Source of the DNA: Candidatus Epulonipiscium sp.
Lineage (GTDB): Bacteria > Bacillota > Clostridia > Lachnospirales > JAAYNZ01
Reading direction: 5' to 3'
NCBI GenBank assembly: GCA_012799415.1
Contig: JAAZLH010000161.1
Location: 217 to 64,216, forward strand
DNA length: 64,000 nt
Part shown: in pieces, positions 20,243-30,668 of the stretch
Numbering within the stretch: position 1 is the stretch's first letter
Layout of the letters: each line of letters begins with the position of its first letter
Position numbers and translations under genes: made by a program
Notes under the pieces: model-generated
The model's input: the letters and a program-made list of their open reading frames with translations, nothing else
Told to the model about the DNA's origin: nothing
The model's database searches: none

Positions 20243-20270
20243 TAAAAAAATACCAAATAAATTTGGTATT
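20243..20270 (-). terminator. Terminator after the 453-aa TPR gene
   Basis: Stem AATACCAAAT/ATTTGGTATT followed by TTTTTTT on the minus strand. Confidence 0.8.
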
Positions 20271-21632
20271 TTAAGAAGGTTTGAGCCTTTGTAAACGTGT
20301 TCTAGCATTATTCCTTTGATTCGTATTTGGGTACTGTTCTAAAAGTTTTTCATAAACCTCTATTGCCTTTTTAGTTTCTCCTATATTTTCATGAATAGCA
20401 CCTATAAAATATAAAGCATCATCGGAAAAATATTCATTTTGTGAATAACGTAAAGATTGCTCAAATAGATATTGAGCTTCTATATATTTAGCTGCGTCAT
20501 TTTTACCTTGATTATAATTACGAACACCTTGATCGTAAAAAATTTTGGCAGCTTTAGGATATACCGTCTGTACCCATTGTTCATGGGTCGCTTGTTGCTC
20601 TGAATTTAATAGTGAGGTATCTATGGCATAAATCAATGGGGCTGCCTCTTCTACTTTATTTTGTTGTACTAATAAAGAAATTTGTTGTATTTTTTGAATT
20701 TCATCTAGTCTTTTTTGTTCTTCTGCTAACGTTTTATTAGTTGTCTCTAAAGTGCTATTTTCTTGCTGAAGTTGTTGAATCTGAGCTTGATAATTAGCAA
20801 TATCAGTTTCTATCTTCTGCCGATCCTGCTGAGCCTTTTGTTGAACCTGTGTAATTTCTTGTTTCAACTCATTAACTTTGTTTGGAATAACTAAAATGTA
20901 CATTAGCGCCGCCATACACACTGCCCCTGTTACAAACAGACCAATAAAATTTAATGCTCCCCAATTGCTTCTCTGTTTTTGGTTCGCTTTTTGGTACCCC
21001 TGTCTGGAATATTGAGGAACGCTTCGTTGCACTTCTCTTTTTGGCTTTTCTGTTGTCACCGGGCGAATTTTATTTGGTTTTAGGTGTTGATAATATCGAA
21101 GGGCAAGTGGATGATAATGATCAATAGATAAAGCTTGTTCAATAGCTTCTAAAGCTCGTGCTGGTTCGCCGGATTTAATTGCACAAAGGGCAAGTAAGCA
21201 ATGGGCTTCGACAAACTTGGGGTGAAGAAGAACAATAGATTTTAGCTGAATATACGCCATATCCTCACTTTTTTGCTGTAATGCTTGTAGAGCTTGATTG
21301 TATTTTTTAATGGCTTCTGTTTGCTTTTCTAAGGTTCTTTTATCATTTTGTACTTGCTTCATATAAGTAAAAGCAAGGTTATCTTCTTTTTGAAAATTAG
21401 AACTAAGGACCCAATGTTTAAGTGCCAAGCCTATTTGTCCTATTTCATAATATACAAGCCCTAGTAAGTTATGGGCCTGTATATTGCTTTTATCAAATAA
21501 TAAACTTTTTTGTAAAGATGCAATTGCCCCTGTTAAATCACGATTGTTGGCCTGTTCTAAACCTTGATTATATAGTTTCTTAGAAATTAGTTGGATTTTT
21601 TGTGTAACTGAAGTATCTATTGGATATTTCAC
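20271..21632 (-). CDS. TPR-repeat membrane protein with a central coiled coil
   Basis: 453 aa with a GTG start. TPR-like repeats occur at both ends. It has one TM segment (FIGLFVTGAVCMAALMYILVI) and a Q-rich heptad region (QQKAQQDRQKIETDIANYQAQIQQLQQEN). Confidence 0.7.
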   Translation of the reverse strand: MKYPIDTSVTQKIQLISKKLYNQGLEQANNRDLTGAIASLQKSLLFDKSNIQAHNLLGLVYYEIGQIGLALKHWVLSSNFQKEDNLAFTYMKQVQNDKRTLEKQTEAIKKYNQALQALQQKSEDMAYIQLKSIVLLHPKFVEAHCLLALCAIKSGEPARALEAIEQALSIDHYHPLALRYYQHLKPNKIRPVTTEKPKREVQRSVPQYSRQGYQKANQKQRSNWGALNFIGLFVTGAVCMAALMYILVIPNKVNELKQEITQVQQKAQQDRQKIETDIANYQAQIQQLQQENSTLETTNKTLAEEQKRLDEIQKIQQISLLVQQNKVEEAAPLIYAIDTSLLNSEQQATHEQWVQTVYPKAAKIFYDQGVRNYNQGKNDAAKYIEAQYLFEQSLRYSQNEYFSDDALYFIGAIHENIGETKKAIEVYEKLLEQYPNTNQRNNARTRLQRLKPS

Positions 21633-21638
21633 CCGCCT

Positions 21639-21791
21639 CTACTCCTTACTATTATTTTGTTTCTGCTGCTTAGCAATGACCTGTAGAACATCGATCATAT
21701 CTTGAATCTCATTTGATTTAATAGATTTCTCAATCTCATCCACTTCTAAAAAAGGCTTATATTTTTTCAGTTCCTCTTTAAAATCATTCAT
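21639..21791 (-). CDS. Possible 50-aa small protein
   Basis: Below the ORF-track cutoff. My translation is MNDFKEELKKYKPFLEVDEIEKSIKSNEIQDMIDVLQVIAKQQKQNNSKE. Its ATG overlaps the last codons of folC and its stop lies 6 nt before the TPR gene's GTG. Confidence 0.3.
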   Translation of the reverse strand: MNDFKEELKKYKPFLEVDEIEKSIKSNEIQDMIDVLQVIAKQQKQNNSKE

Positions 21792-23085
21792 TTTTTCTCA
21801 CCCTTTGCGTTGTTTTTATTCCCCCTATTAAATATAAAGATCCGATTCCACATAAAATATCCTCCACTTGTACTACATTTTTTGCAAGTTCAAGAGCTTT
21901 TCCAATATCTTTTTCTTGGTAAATAGCAATTTCTCTCCCCTCTACCAATGCAGCAAGCTTTTCAGTTGCAACTGCATGAGGATGGTCTGGTTCTGTGAAA
22001 ATAATGCCATGAATATGTGGAATGAGTTGTCCCAACATTTGTTCATATGCCTTGTCTTTTAAAACCCCAAAAATAATGTAGATTTTTCTATCTTCTGCCT
22101 GCTCTAAAACCGTTTCTAGAAAAGCTTTGATTCCTTCTGGATTATGGGCTCCATCTAGAATGAACAGCGGTTTTTTTGATATGATTTCCATCCGCCCTGC
22201 CCATTCTGTATGAGCTAAGCCTGCTCGAATAGCTTCCTCTGAAATTAAAACTTGCTGTTGTCTAAGAACTGCAATTGTAAGTAATACAGTACATACATTT
22301 CTGATTTGATATGTACCTAATAAAGATAAAAATAGATCCTCATACTTTATATACGTATTATTTATAGAAAATCTTACTCCTTCTAGAGTTTGTTCATAAA
22401 TAGAAAGGTCCTCTGTCTTTGCAAAATAAAAGGGGATTTTACGTTCCTTAGCAATTTCTTTAACTATATTATACACTTCTTCTTGGGTACAAGACAAGAC
22501 AGTTGGACGATTTTCTTTCATAATACCCGCTTTTTCCCAAGTAACTTCCGAAAGGGTGCTTCCTAAAATGTGAGTATGATCCAATGCTATAGAAGTAATA
22601 ACAGATACCAAAGGTTCTTTAATAATATTTGTAGCATCTAACCGCCCGCCCAACCCTACTTCCAAAATTACAAAATCTACTTCTTGCTGTGCAAAGTAAG
22701 TAAATGCCATAGCAGTAATATATTCGAAAAAACTGGGATGATTTTGCCCTGATTGTACCATTTCTTCACATTGCAAACGTATTTCAGTAGCAATAGCTGC
22801 AAAGTCTTTGTTAGATATAGGTCTCCGGTTCACTTGTATGCGTTCATTGTAGCACTCCAAATGCGGTGATGTAAAAAAACCCACTTTATACCCTTGTGCT
22901 TGTAATATGGAACTTAACATAGCACAAACAGAACCTTTCCCATTGGTTCCTGCTACGTGAATAATCTTCAATCTTTCCTGAGGGTTTTCTAGCTGGTTCA
23001 TAAGATAAATCATATTATCTAAACCCTTTTTTTTACCGAAAAACTGTATTGAATCAATATATTTTATGCTTTCTTCATAAGTCAA
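21784..23085 (-). CDS. folC: Bifunctional folylpolyglutamate synthase / dihydrofolate synthase
   Basis: Mur-ligase P-loop HVAGTNGKGS and the usual position downstream of valS. I place the start at TTG 23085, 6 nt after GGAGGA, giving MTYEESIKYI. The track start at 23130 adds an implausible hydrophobic extension. Confidence 0.85.
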   Translation of the reverse strand: MTYEESIKYIDSIQFFGKKKGLDNMIYLMNQLENPQERLKIIHVAGTNGKGSVCAMLSSILQAQGYKVGFFTSPHLECYNERIQVNRRPISNKDFAAIATEIRLQCEEMVQSGQNHPSFFEYITAMAFTYFAQQEVDFVILEVGLGGRLDATNIIKEPLVSVITSIALDHTHILGSTLSEVTWEKAGIMKENRPTVLSCTQEEVYNIVKEIAKERKIPFYFAKTEDLSIYEQTLEGVRFSINNTYIKYEDLFLSLLGTYQIRNVCTVLLTIAVLRQQQVLISEEAIRAGLAHTEWAGRMEIISKKPLFILDGAHNPEGIKAFLETVLEQAEDRKIYIIFGVLKDKAYEQMLGQLIPHIHGIIFTEPDHPHAVATEKLAALVEGREIAIYQEKDIGKALELAKNVVQVEDILCGIGSLYLIGGIKTTQRVRKNE

Positions 23086-23159
23086 AAGAAATCCTCCTAT
23101 CTTGATATATAAATTAAAAAGTATGTTCATAGATTAGTCTATCCAAAATTATGCATATA

Positions 23160-23192
23160 ATAAAGGATGTGGGTATCCCCACATCCTTTATT
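23160..23192 (-). terminator. Terminator after valS
   Basis: 12-bp stem AAAGGATGTGGG/CCCACATCCTTT. Confidence 0.7.
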
Positions 23193-23227
23193 ATATCTTA
23201 TTACTAAAAGATTGAATAGATGATCTT

Positions 23228-25870
23228 TTATTTTCTTAACATATTCAGTCTTTCTTCTACTTGTTTCTTCATATCCTCATATTTTTTTTGTTTCTGACGC
23301 TCTTCTTCTACAACAGATTCTGGTGCTTTGTTTATGAAACCTGGATTGCTTAATTTTTTCACTACCCGGTCAACTTCTTTCACTAGTTTTTCCCGCTCTT
23401 TTTCAAGGCGATCAAGTTCCTTACTAATGTCGACTAATTCAGCAAATGGAATAAAGATACTAGCTCCAGGAATCACTGTAGATACTGCATCTTCCCCAAT
23501 ATTTTCTTTGTTATCTTGAATTATAACTTCACTAGCATAGGCTAAGCTTGAGAAGAATATACGCCCTTTTTCAAATGTATTTCGTATTTCTTCAGCATCA
23601 GATACAATAAATACGGTTGCTTTTTTAGAAGGAGGTACATTGAGCTCTGTACGTAGATTTCGAATACTTCTAATTCCTTCCTTCATTAGCTCAATTTCTT
23701 TTTCTTCTTGGGCAAAATTCCATTCTTCTTGATACTCCGGCCAAGCTGAAAGCATGATGGTTGGTTCTTCCTCTTGTACATAAGTGAAAATTTCTTCTGT
23801 AATAAAAGGCATATAAGGATGAAGTAATTTTAACGCATGAATTAAAACGGTTTTTAGAGTCCAAAGTGCCCCTGGTTTGGTTGGATCTTCATCATTATAT
23901 AAACGTGGCTTGACCATTTCAATATACCAATCGCAAAACTCTTCCCAGAAAAAATCATATAATTTTTGAACTGCAATACCTAGTTCATATTTATCCATAT
24001 TATCTGTAACTTCTTTAACAAGTGTATTTACTTTAGATAGAATCCACCGATCTGCCGGAGTAAGATCTGCTAAAGGTACTGCCTCTACTTTAGATTCTTG
24101 AATATGCATTAGCATAAAACGAGATGCGTTCCAAATTTTATTTGCAAAATTTCGACTGGCTTCTACTCGCTCATTATAAAAACGCATATCATTTCCTGGC
24201 GCATTTCCTGTCACTAAAGTTAGACGAAGAGCATCTGCCCCATATTGATGAATCACTTCTAAGGGATCAACACCATTGCCTAGGCTTTTACTCATTTTAC
24301 GCCCTTGTGAATCACGTACCAAACCATGAATCAATACATCTTTGAAAGGAATTTCCCCTACATGCTCTAGACCTGAAAACACCATTCGTACAACCCAGTA
24401 GAAAATAATATCATACCCCGTAACAAGTACATCTGTAGGGTAGAAATACTCTAGATCTTCCGTTTTTTGAGGCCATCCTAAAGTTGAAAAAGGCCACAGT
24501 GCAGAACTAAACCAAGTATCTAATGTGTCTTCGTCTTGAACGAGGCGGTCACTCCCACATACAGAACAAGTATCTGGCTGTTCTTTCGCTACAGTGATTT
24601 TTTTACAGCTATCACAGTAATAAGCTGGGATTCGATGTCCCCACCAAAGCTGTCTAGAAATACACCAATCTCTGATATTATCTAACCAATGAAGATAAGT
24701 TTTCCCAAATCGTTCAGGAACAAAATGAAGATCTCCATTTTTGAGTGCATCAATGGCTGGGCCTGCTAGTTCTTCCATCTTAACAAACCATTGCATTTTA
24801 ACCATAGGTTCAATAACACAATTACAGCGATCATGTAAACCAACATTATGGGTATGATCTTCTATTTTAATCAAATATCCCTCAGACTCTAAATCTGCTA
24901 CAATAGCTTTTCTAGCTTCATAACGATCCATTCCTTCATACTTACCTGCTTCTTCATTCATCACCCCGTTATCATGCATAACATTAATTTGTGGTAATTC
25001 ATGACGAAGTCCTACCTCAAAGTCATTAGGATCATGGGCAGGTGTAATTTTAACAACTCCTGTTCCAAAATCTTTTTCAACATATTCATCTGCAATAATT
25101 GGGATCTCACGATTCATAAGGGGTAGGATAACCGTCTTCCCAATGTATTTTTGATACCGCTCATCATCGGGGTGCACGGCTACTGCTGTATCTCCTAACA
25201 TGGTTTCAGGTCTTGTTGTAGCAATTTGAATATATTCCTCTGTACCTTGAATAGGATATTGAATATGCCAGAAATATCCTTGTTTTTCTTCATGTTCAAC
25301 TTCTACATCAGAAATACTGGTTTTACATTGAGGACACCAGTTAATAATCCTTGCGCCACGATAAATATATCCTTTTTCATAAAGACGGATAAAAACTTCT
25401 GTCACTGCTTCAGAAAGTCCTTCATCTAAGGTAAAACGTTCCCTATCCCAATCACAGGAACTGCCTAACTTCTGAAGTTGTTTAATAATTTGTCCACCGT
25501 ATTTTTCTTTCCACTCCCAAGCTCGCTTCAAAAATCTTTCTCTACCTAAATCAGCCTTTGTAAGACCTTCTTTAGCCATATCTTCTACAATTTTAAGTTC
25601 TGTAGCAATACTAGCGTGGTCTGTACCGGGCTGCCAGAGGGCATTGTACCCTTGCATTCGTTTCCAACGAATTAAAATATCTTGTAAAGTATTATCCAGG
25701 GCGTGTCCCATATGAAGCTGCCCTGTAATATTGGGCGGGGGAATTACAATAGTAAAAGGTTGTTTACTATGATCCACTTCTGCCTTGAAATACCCCTTGT
25801 CCATCCATAATTGATATAACCGATCCTCCACCTGAGAAGGATCATAGGTTTTTTCTAAATTTTGACTCAT
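23228..25870 (-). CDS. valS: Valine--tRNA ligase
   Basis: 880 aa. Contains [15 protein letters not shown] (HIGH), KMSKSLGN (KMSKS) and a C-terminal coiled coil. Confidence 0.95.
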   Translation of the reverse strand: MSQNLEKTYDPSQVEDRLYQLWMDKGYFKAEVDHSKQPFTIVIPPPNITGQLHMGHALDNTLQDILIRWKRMQGYNALWQPGTDHASIATELKIVEDMAKEGLTKADLGRERFLKRAWEWKEKYGGQIIKQLQKLGSSCDWDRERFTLDEGLSEAVTEVFIRLYEKGYIYRGARIINWCPQCKTSISDVEVEHEEKQGYFWHIQYPIQGTEEYIQIATTRPETMLGDTAVAVHPDDERYQKYIGKTVILPLMNREIPIIADEYVEKDFGTGVVKITPAHDPNDFEVGLRHELPQINVMHDNGVMNEEAGKYEGMDRYEARKAIVADLESEGYLIKIEDHTHNVGLHDRCNCVIEPMVKMQWFVKMEELAGPAIDALKNGDLHFVPERFGKTYLHWLDNIRDWCISRQLWWGHRIPAYYCDSCKKITVAKEQPDTCSVCGSDRLVQDEDTLDTWFSSALWPFSTLGWPQKTEDLEYFYPTDVLVTGYDIIFYWVVRMVFSGLEHVGEIPFKDVLIHGLVRDSQGRKMSKSLGNGVDPLEVIHQYGADALRLTLVTGNAPGNDMRFYNERVEASRNFANKIWNASRFMLMHIQESKVEAVPLADLTPADRWILSKVNTLVKEVTDNMDKYELGIAVQKLYDFFWEEFCDWYIEMVKPRLYNDEDPTKPGALWTLKTVLIHALKLLHPYMPFITEEIFTYVQEEEPTIMLSAWPEYQEEWNFAQEEKEIELMKEGIRSIRNLRTELNVPPSKKATVFIVSDAEEIRNTFEKGRIFFSSLAYASEVIIQDNKENIGEDAVSTVIPGASIFIPFAELVDISKELDRLEKEREKLVKEVDRVVKKLSNPGFINKAPESVVEEERQKQKKYEDMKKQVEERLNMLRK

Positions 25871-25914
25871 CTTATTTCCTCCTTATCCTGATAAAACATC
25901 TTACATCTGCAAAA

Positions 25915-26160
25915 AACAATAAAAAAGCTTCTTTTCATCCTTGTATAAGGACGAAAAGAAGCTATCTTTCCGTGGTACCACCTTAGTTCCTAGATATTTC
26001 TAGGCTCTTTTACACTAGTAACGAAGTGATCATCCGTCTATACCTACTAAAGTTCAGTATAGAAACTCCAGAGCTACCTTCCACCACTTTTTATCCTAGA
26101 AAATCTTCCAGCCTTGGATTTTCCTCTCTGTAGAAAAAGATAGTGTACTCCTCTCCTTCA
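25915..26160 (-). promoter_or_regulatory. T-box riboswitch leader of valS
   Basis: The minus strand carries the conserved T-box AACTAAGGTGGTACCACGG (25970..25988). A terminator follows (stem 25926..25963 plus a T-run). Upstream are a GA/K-turn-like GATGA...AGTA and CAGAGAGG. A tentative GUA (Val) specifier lies at 26075..26077. Confidence 0.8.
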
Positions 26161-26216
26161 TCGTCATTCTTTTATTAAATCTATTTCTTCTATGTTACAA
26201 AATTACTATTTGTTTG

Positions 26217-26855
26217 TCAAGGATTCTTTGCTTTATTTAGCATATTAAGAAAATCATCCAATGATTGGGCTCCTGATATTCTGTATTTATCATTAAATAT
26301 ATAGGTAGGTACAACTTCTATCTTTAACTCTTGGGCAGTTTTTTGATCTTTTTCAACTTCTGCCGAATATTGATCTGACTGCAACATAAGAAGAGTTTTT
26401 TCTTTATCTAATCCTGCTTCTTTGGCTATCTGACTTAATACCGAGTGGTCATCAATATCTAATCCTTCAGCAAAATGGGCATGCAACAGGCGTTCTGTTA
26501 TTTCTTTGTCTTTCTGAACTTCTTTTGCATAATAATTTAATCGATGAGCATCAAAAGTATTAGCTGGTATCATATTTTTATAGTCATAAACAAGCCCTAC
26601 TGCTTCAGCAAGGGTAACTGCTTGTTCTATCATCTTTTGAGCCTGTTCTCTCCCTATTTTATAGTTATCAGCCAAATCTTGAACCACATCAAAGCCTCTA
26701 TCCCTCTTGCTACGAGAATCTAATTGAAAGCTTTTATAATTGATTTTTATACTATTTGCGTAATCAAATTTTTTTACTGCTGTCTCAAAAACCTTTTTAC
26801 CAATATAACAAAAGGGACAAACAAAATCTGACCATATATCAATCTTCATTCTCAC
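26217..26855 (-). CDS. DsbA/FrnE-family thiol-disulfide oxidoreductase
   Basis: 212 aa with a WSDFVCPFCYIGK (CPFC) active site near the N-terminus. Confidence 0.8.
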   Translation of the reverse strand: MRMKIDIWSDFVCPFCYIGKKVFETAVKKFDYANSIKINYKSFQLDSRSKRDRGFDVVQDLADNYKIGREQAQKMIEQAVTLAEAVGLVYDYKNMIPANTFDAHRLNYYAKEVQKDKEITERLLHAHFAEGLDIDDHSVLSQIAKEAGLDKEKTLLMLQSDQYSAEVEKDQKTAQELKIEVVPTYIFNDKYRISGAQSLDDFLNMLNKAKNP

Positions 26856-27053
26856 ATCTCCTTATAAATAATCTCCTAACATTTATTACTACATATTTAG
26901 TCAAGTTTTCTCTTTATTTATGGTAGCCTTGCAACCATCTTTCTTTTTAATTCTTCACACGCTTTACAAAATACAATTATTCCCTACTTCTTATATTGTT
27001 AAACACATTATGATAATACAACTGGAAACCTCTATATTAACAAAAAATAATGG

Positions 27054-27089
27054 GCCTTCATTCTATGATTTAACTGGTAGAATGAAGGC
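27054..27089 (-). terminator. Terminator after the 73-aa gene
   Basis: 12-bp stem GCCTTCATTCTA/TAGAATGAAGGC followed by a T-rich tract on the minus strand. Confidence 0.7.
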
Positions 27090-27096
27090 TCTATTA

Positions 27097-27318
27097 TTAT
27101 AAGTCCATCTTATTTAGAAGATCTCGTAATGTTTTTAGTTCTTCTTTGGTCAAAGTAACACCCTTTCCCATTTTTTGATGCTCAGGCGCCCAGTCACGAA
27201 TATCATATTTAGGAGTGTTCTCATTCCAACTGATTAGATTCAACTCTTTTTGCCAACCTCTTGAACCTTCCGCAAGCACACCAATTGTTTCTATAATCTC
27301 ATATTTGATTTCTGCCAT
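27097..27318 (-). CDS. YdbC-like / PC4-like small nucleic-acid-binding protein (tentative)
   Basis: 73 aa. Size and the pattern (ELNLISWN...PKYDIRDW) recall the YdbC/PC4-like family. The assignment is from memory only. Confidence 0.5.
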   Translation of the reverse strand: MAEIKYEIIETIGVLAEGSRGWQKELNLISWNENTPKYDIRDWAPEHQKMGKGVTLTKEELKTLRDLLNKMDL

Positions 27319-27333
27319 GTTGTCTAATCTCCT

Positions 27334-28392
27334 TTATCTTTGCTCTTCCTTCTTCAAAAATTCTTTTACAAACTCATCATCATTTAAATGTGGGTACATT
27401 GCATAAACCCTTTCAATTTCTTCTAATTGCCCTGGGGAAAGAACTTCCTCTTTATTTAGAGTAGATATATTCTTCATCAATCCTTGCTTATATAATACTT
27501 GATGAATTCCCACAATACATCCTTTAAAATTATGAGCTGTATCAAAGACAGCACTATTTACATCTGTAACCTCTGCTGCTAAGGTTAAGAGTCCTGGGGT
27601 TATTTGGTCTTTGACAACGGCTTTCTTAATTTCATGAAACATTTTTACTACGTTACCTGTCCATATAGACCAATGCCCTAATAATCCCCCTACAAAAGAA
27701 CAAGTAATGGTTTCTCCATCTTTTATAAATTGGTATTTAGTTATTAAATCATTAACAATATTATCATCATTCCCCGTATATAAACTAATTTCTTTTCTCC
27801 GTCTACTAAAAGCAACAGCACGAACAACATCTAGAGATAAATATCGATCAAAGGCAGCTACTTTAATTGCTACTACATTGTTAATATCACAAACCCTTTC
27901 CCAGTAGTTATAGGTAAAAACTCTTCCTCCAACAGCGGGTTGAAGATAAAATCCTATAACTGGTATAATTGCAGTCACTTGCTTGGTACGCTCTACTAAC
28001 TGATCTTCACTATAATCATTTAACCCTCCTGGGCTAAGTAAGACTGCATCGTAGCCCATTCTTGAAGCGATGATTGCCTCTTTAACAGCCTGATCAGTAG
28101 GTCCACATGCTCCGGCTACCAAAATAATTGTTTTTCCTGTACGGGATTCAAAAGTCTGTACTTCCTCAGCGGTAATACTCAATATTTTTTCAAATAGATT
28201 CACTTCTGGATCTCTAATTTCAAATTGGGTTGTATGGACAGCGGTTGCTATTCCCCCAACACCTGCTTCTAAATAATATCGTATCAGCCTTCTTTGCCCT
28301 TCTTCATCTAACTCTAGACTTTCATCCAAAACTAATGGAATGGCTGGTATCACTGTACCTTCTCTGAGAATCCGTAAAGCTTCCTTTCTCAT
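27334..28392 (-). CDS. Dihydrodipicolinate synthase / N-acetylneuraminate lyase superfamily protein (atypical, 352 aa)
   Basis: TIM-barrel class I aldolase layout with a candidate Schiff-base lysine in VVAIKVAAFD. It is longer than DapA and lacks the classical GTTGE motif. Confidence 0.6.
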   Translation of the reverse strand: MRKEALRILREGTVIPAIPLVLDESLELDEEGQRRLIRYYLEAGVGGIATAVHTTQFEIRDPEVNLFEKILSITAEEVQTFESRTGKTIILVAGACGPTDQAVKEAIIASRMGYDAVLLSPGGLNDYSEDQLVERTKQVTAIIPVIGFYLQPAVGGRVFTYNYWERVCDINNVVAIKVAAFDRYLSLDVVRAVAFSRRRKEISLYTGNDDNIVNDLITKYQFIKDGETITCSFVGGLLGHWSIWTGNVVKMFHEIKKAVVKDQITPGLLTLAAEVTDVNSAVFDTAHNFKGCIVGIHQVLYKQGLMKNISTLNKEEVLSPGQLEEIERVYAMYPHLNDDEFVKEFLKKEEQR

Positions 28393-29408
28393 TAGTAATT
28401 CCCCTCCCTTTCTTCAAAGTGGGTTGGTATATTCAGTTGATGTCCTCCATCTAAAATCCATTCTGCCTGCCACTGAATTAATTGATTCAAACTGACAGAT
28501 GGATAGCCGAAAATTTCAAAACACTTAGAAGCATTATTTAAATAAGCAGTATCACTTTCTATGCCCATAAATTTAGGTGCTTTTCCTAAATACTTTCCTA
28601 ATAGCCCTGCTGCATATCGTACAGATACAGTTTCGGGTCCTGTTATATTTAATCTAGTTGCTGGAGAAGATGCAAATAATAAAGAGCGAATAGCAACCTC
28701 ATTAGCGTATCCCTGCCATATACAATTAAAATTTCCTGAATGTAAATCAATGACTTCATCATTCAGAATCTTATTGGCTAAATCACTAAGTACACCATAA
28801 CGTAAATCAATAGCATAGTTTAAACGATAGATTAAAACTTTGGTATTGTACTCATTGGCTGCATATTCAAAGATACGTTCTCTACCTAAAGTACTCATAG
28901 CATAATCCCCTATGGGTGCCGTCGGTGAATCATCTATGGAACCACCACTATGAATGGGGACCATGGGATATAAATTTCCTGAAGAAAAGACAACAATCTT
29001 ACTTCCTTTAAATTTCCTAGCTACAAGGGATGGCAACATAACATTAGTTGCCCACGTTTCACTTTCATTTCCTTTGGTGCCAAATTTCTTAGCCGCCATA
29101 TAAATAATATTATCTACATAAGGTAATGAATCAATGGCACCTTCTGCCATTAGATCCATACTGATGGTTTCAATACCCCGTTGATTTAATTCTTTAGCAA
29201 TACTTGGGTTTGAAAATCTGGATACAGCACATATCTTTTTATCAATGCCTGCTGCCGTACAAGCATTTTTGGCTAATAAGGCCAAAGACGGCCCCATCTT
29301 CCCACCAGCTCCTAATATGTAGATATCACCTTGAATCTTTTTTATATCTTCAATAAGCCCCTCTGATGGTGTTGTTAGTAAACTCTCTAGCCTTTCTTCT
29401 GTCCACAT
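28392..29408 (-). CDS. NAD-dependent epimerase/dehydratase-family (extended SDR) protein
   Basis: The Rossmann motif is ILGAGGKMG. The expected YxxxK reads YAMST. The stop overlaps the start of the downstream DapA-like gene by 1 nt. Confidence 0.65.
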   Translation of the reverse strand: MWTEERLESLLTTPSEGLIEDIKKIQGDIYILGAGGKMGPSLALLAKNACTAAGIDKKICAVSRFSNPSIAKELNQRGIETISMDLMAEGAIDSLPYVDNIIYMAAKKFGTKGNESETWATNVMLPSLVARKFKGSKIVVFSSGNLYPMVPIHSGGSIDDSPTAPIGDYAMSTLGRERIFEYAANEYNTKVLIYRLNYAIDLRYGVLSDLANKILNDEVIDLHSGNFNCIWQGYANEVAIRSLLFASSPATRLNITGPETVSVRYAAGLLGKYLGKAPKFMGIESDTAYLNNASKCFEIFGYPSVSLNQLIQWQAEWILDGGHQLNIPTHFEEREGNY

Positions 29409-29571
29409 CTATATTCCTCCCTTCATTTTACCTACTATACTATTATCTAAACATTCTCTATTTTAGTATAACATTGGTTGCTAAAAAGGTAAACTAGCAA
29501 AACAATCTCCTTTAGATATTCAAAAATTTTTACTAGAAACTCTAAATAACGTAAGCCTTTTTTAGATATGT

Positions 29572-30540
29572 TTAATTCAAGCTTTCAACGAATATTTCAG
29601 TAATATTTGCTATTTTTTCATACTCAATATCATGAACATAATGTGGACAATCCAAGATAATTATCTCTCCATTTTTAATATCTTTTATGTAATTTTTCTG
29701 AAAAGATATCCATTTACTCTCATCCCAGCCGGTTCCTTGCCCATTAGATAAAAACATTAGCATTGGAATATTGGGCACTCCATTTTCTCTCACTTTTTTT
29801 GCACTTATTTTGATTTCCTGTACTTCATTTAACATTGTTTTTGTTGCTGTTCTTCGGTAAAAAATGACTTTATATAATTCTTTTTCCTCATCTGTTAATG
29901 TTCCATATTTTATAGCATCGCTTTCTGTTATACCAGGAATCCATCTTGTAATTCCTACATTAGCAGCAAAAGCTGCTAATTTTATCATAGGCGTATTGAT
30001 ATTATAGTCCTCATAAGATTCTGGAACAGCCATGTCAAGCCCTACAATTGCCATTATTTCATCTGGATACTTCTGAGCCCAATATAACGCTTCAATTCCC
30101 GCCATTGAGTGAGGGCACAAAATATATGGTCCACTTATTTGAGCCTTTGAAAGCGCCTCTCTTGTTTCAAATAAAACAATCTCAATATTTCTATCTACAT
30201 CTACAACATCGCTAAATCCATACCCTGCTTTTTCTACCACAGCAATCCTATATTTATCACTTAACAAAGAATATAGCGACCTAAAATCCAAAACTGGAGA
30301 AGATGTTCCTCCACCAGACATAAAGACTAATGTAATATCTCCTTGTCCTTCTGTATACACATGCATCTGATGCCCATTCACTTCTACCATCTGTCCATTG
30401 GGCACGAATAACTTGTCTTCTTTAGATAAATACAATCTATGATTAATATAACTAATCAGAAGGATTATAATAATTATTATAATCATCATTCCCCCAAAGG
30501 TTAGTATCTTTTTCATATCATCCTCCAAAATTAAATGCAT
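29572..30540 (-). CDS. Alpha/beta-fold hydrolase with an N-terminal membrane anchor
   Basis: 322 aa. TM segment FGGMMIIIIIIILLISYI, nucleophile-elbow-like HSMAG, and a C-terminal CPHYVH histidine. Confidence 0.7.
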   Translation of the reverse strand: MHLILEDDMKKILTFGGMMIIIIIIILLISYINHRLYLSKEDKLFVPNGQMVEVNGHQMHVYTEGQGDITLVFMSGGGTSSPVLDFRSLYSLLSDKYRIAVVEKAGYGFSDVVDVDRNIEIVLFETREALSKAQISGPYILCPHSMAGIEALYWAQKYPDEIMAIVGLDMAVPESYEDYNINTPMIKLAAFAANVGITRWIPGITESDAIKYGTLTDEEKELYKVIFYRRTATKTMLNEVQEIKISAKKVRENGVPNIPMLMFLSNGQGTGWDESKWISFQKNYIKDIKNGEIIILDCPHYVHDIEYEKIANITEIFVESLN

Positions 30541-30668
30541 CTATTTTCATTATTTAAAAAATATCTTAATCCGCACTCTTCTTCTCAAGTCTTCTATCTT
30601 TAATTATTGTATTGTAATATTTCTTAAGTTTTTTATAAACTTTTTAGTCCTTTATTTTATGCTTTTTA

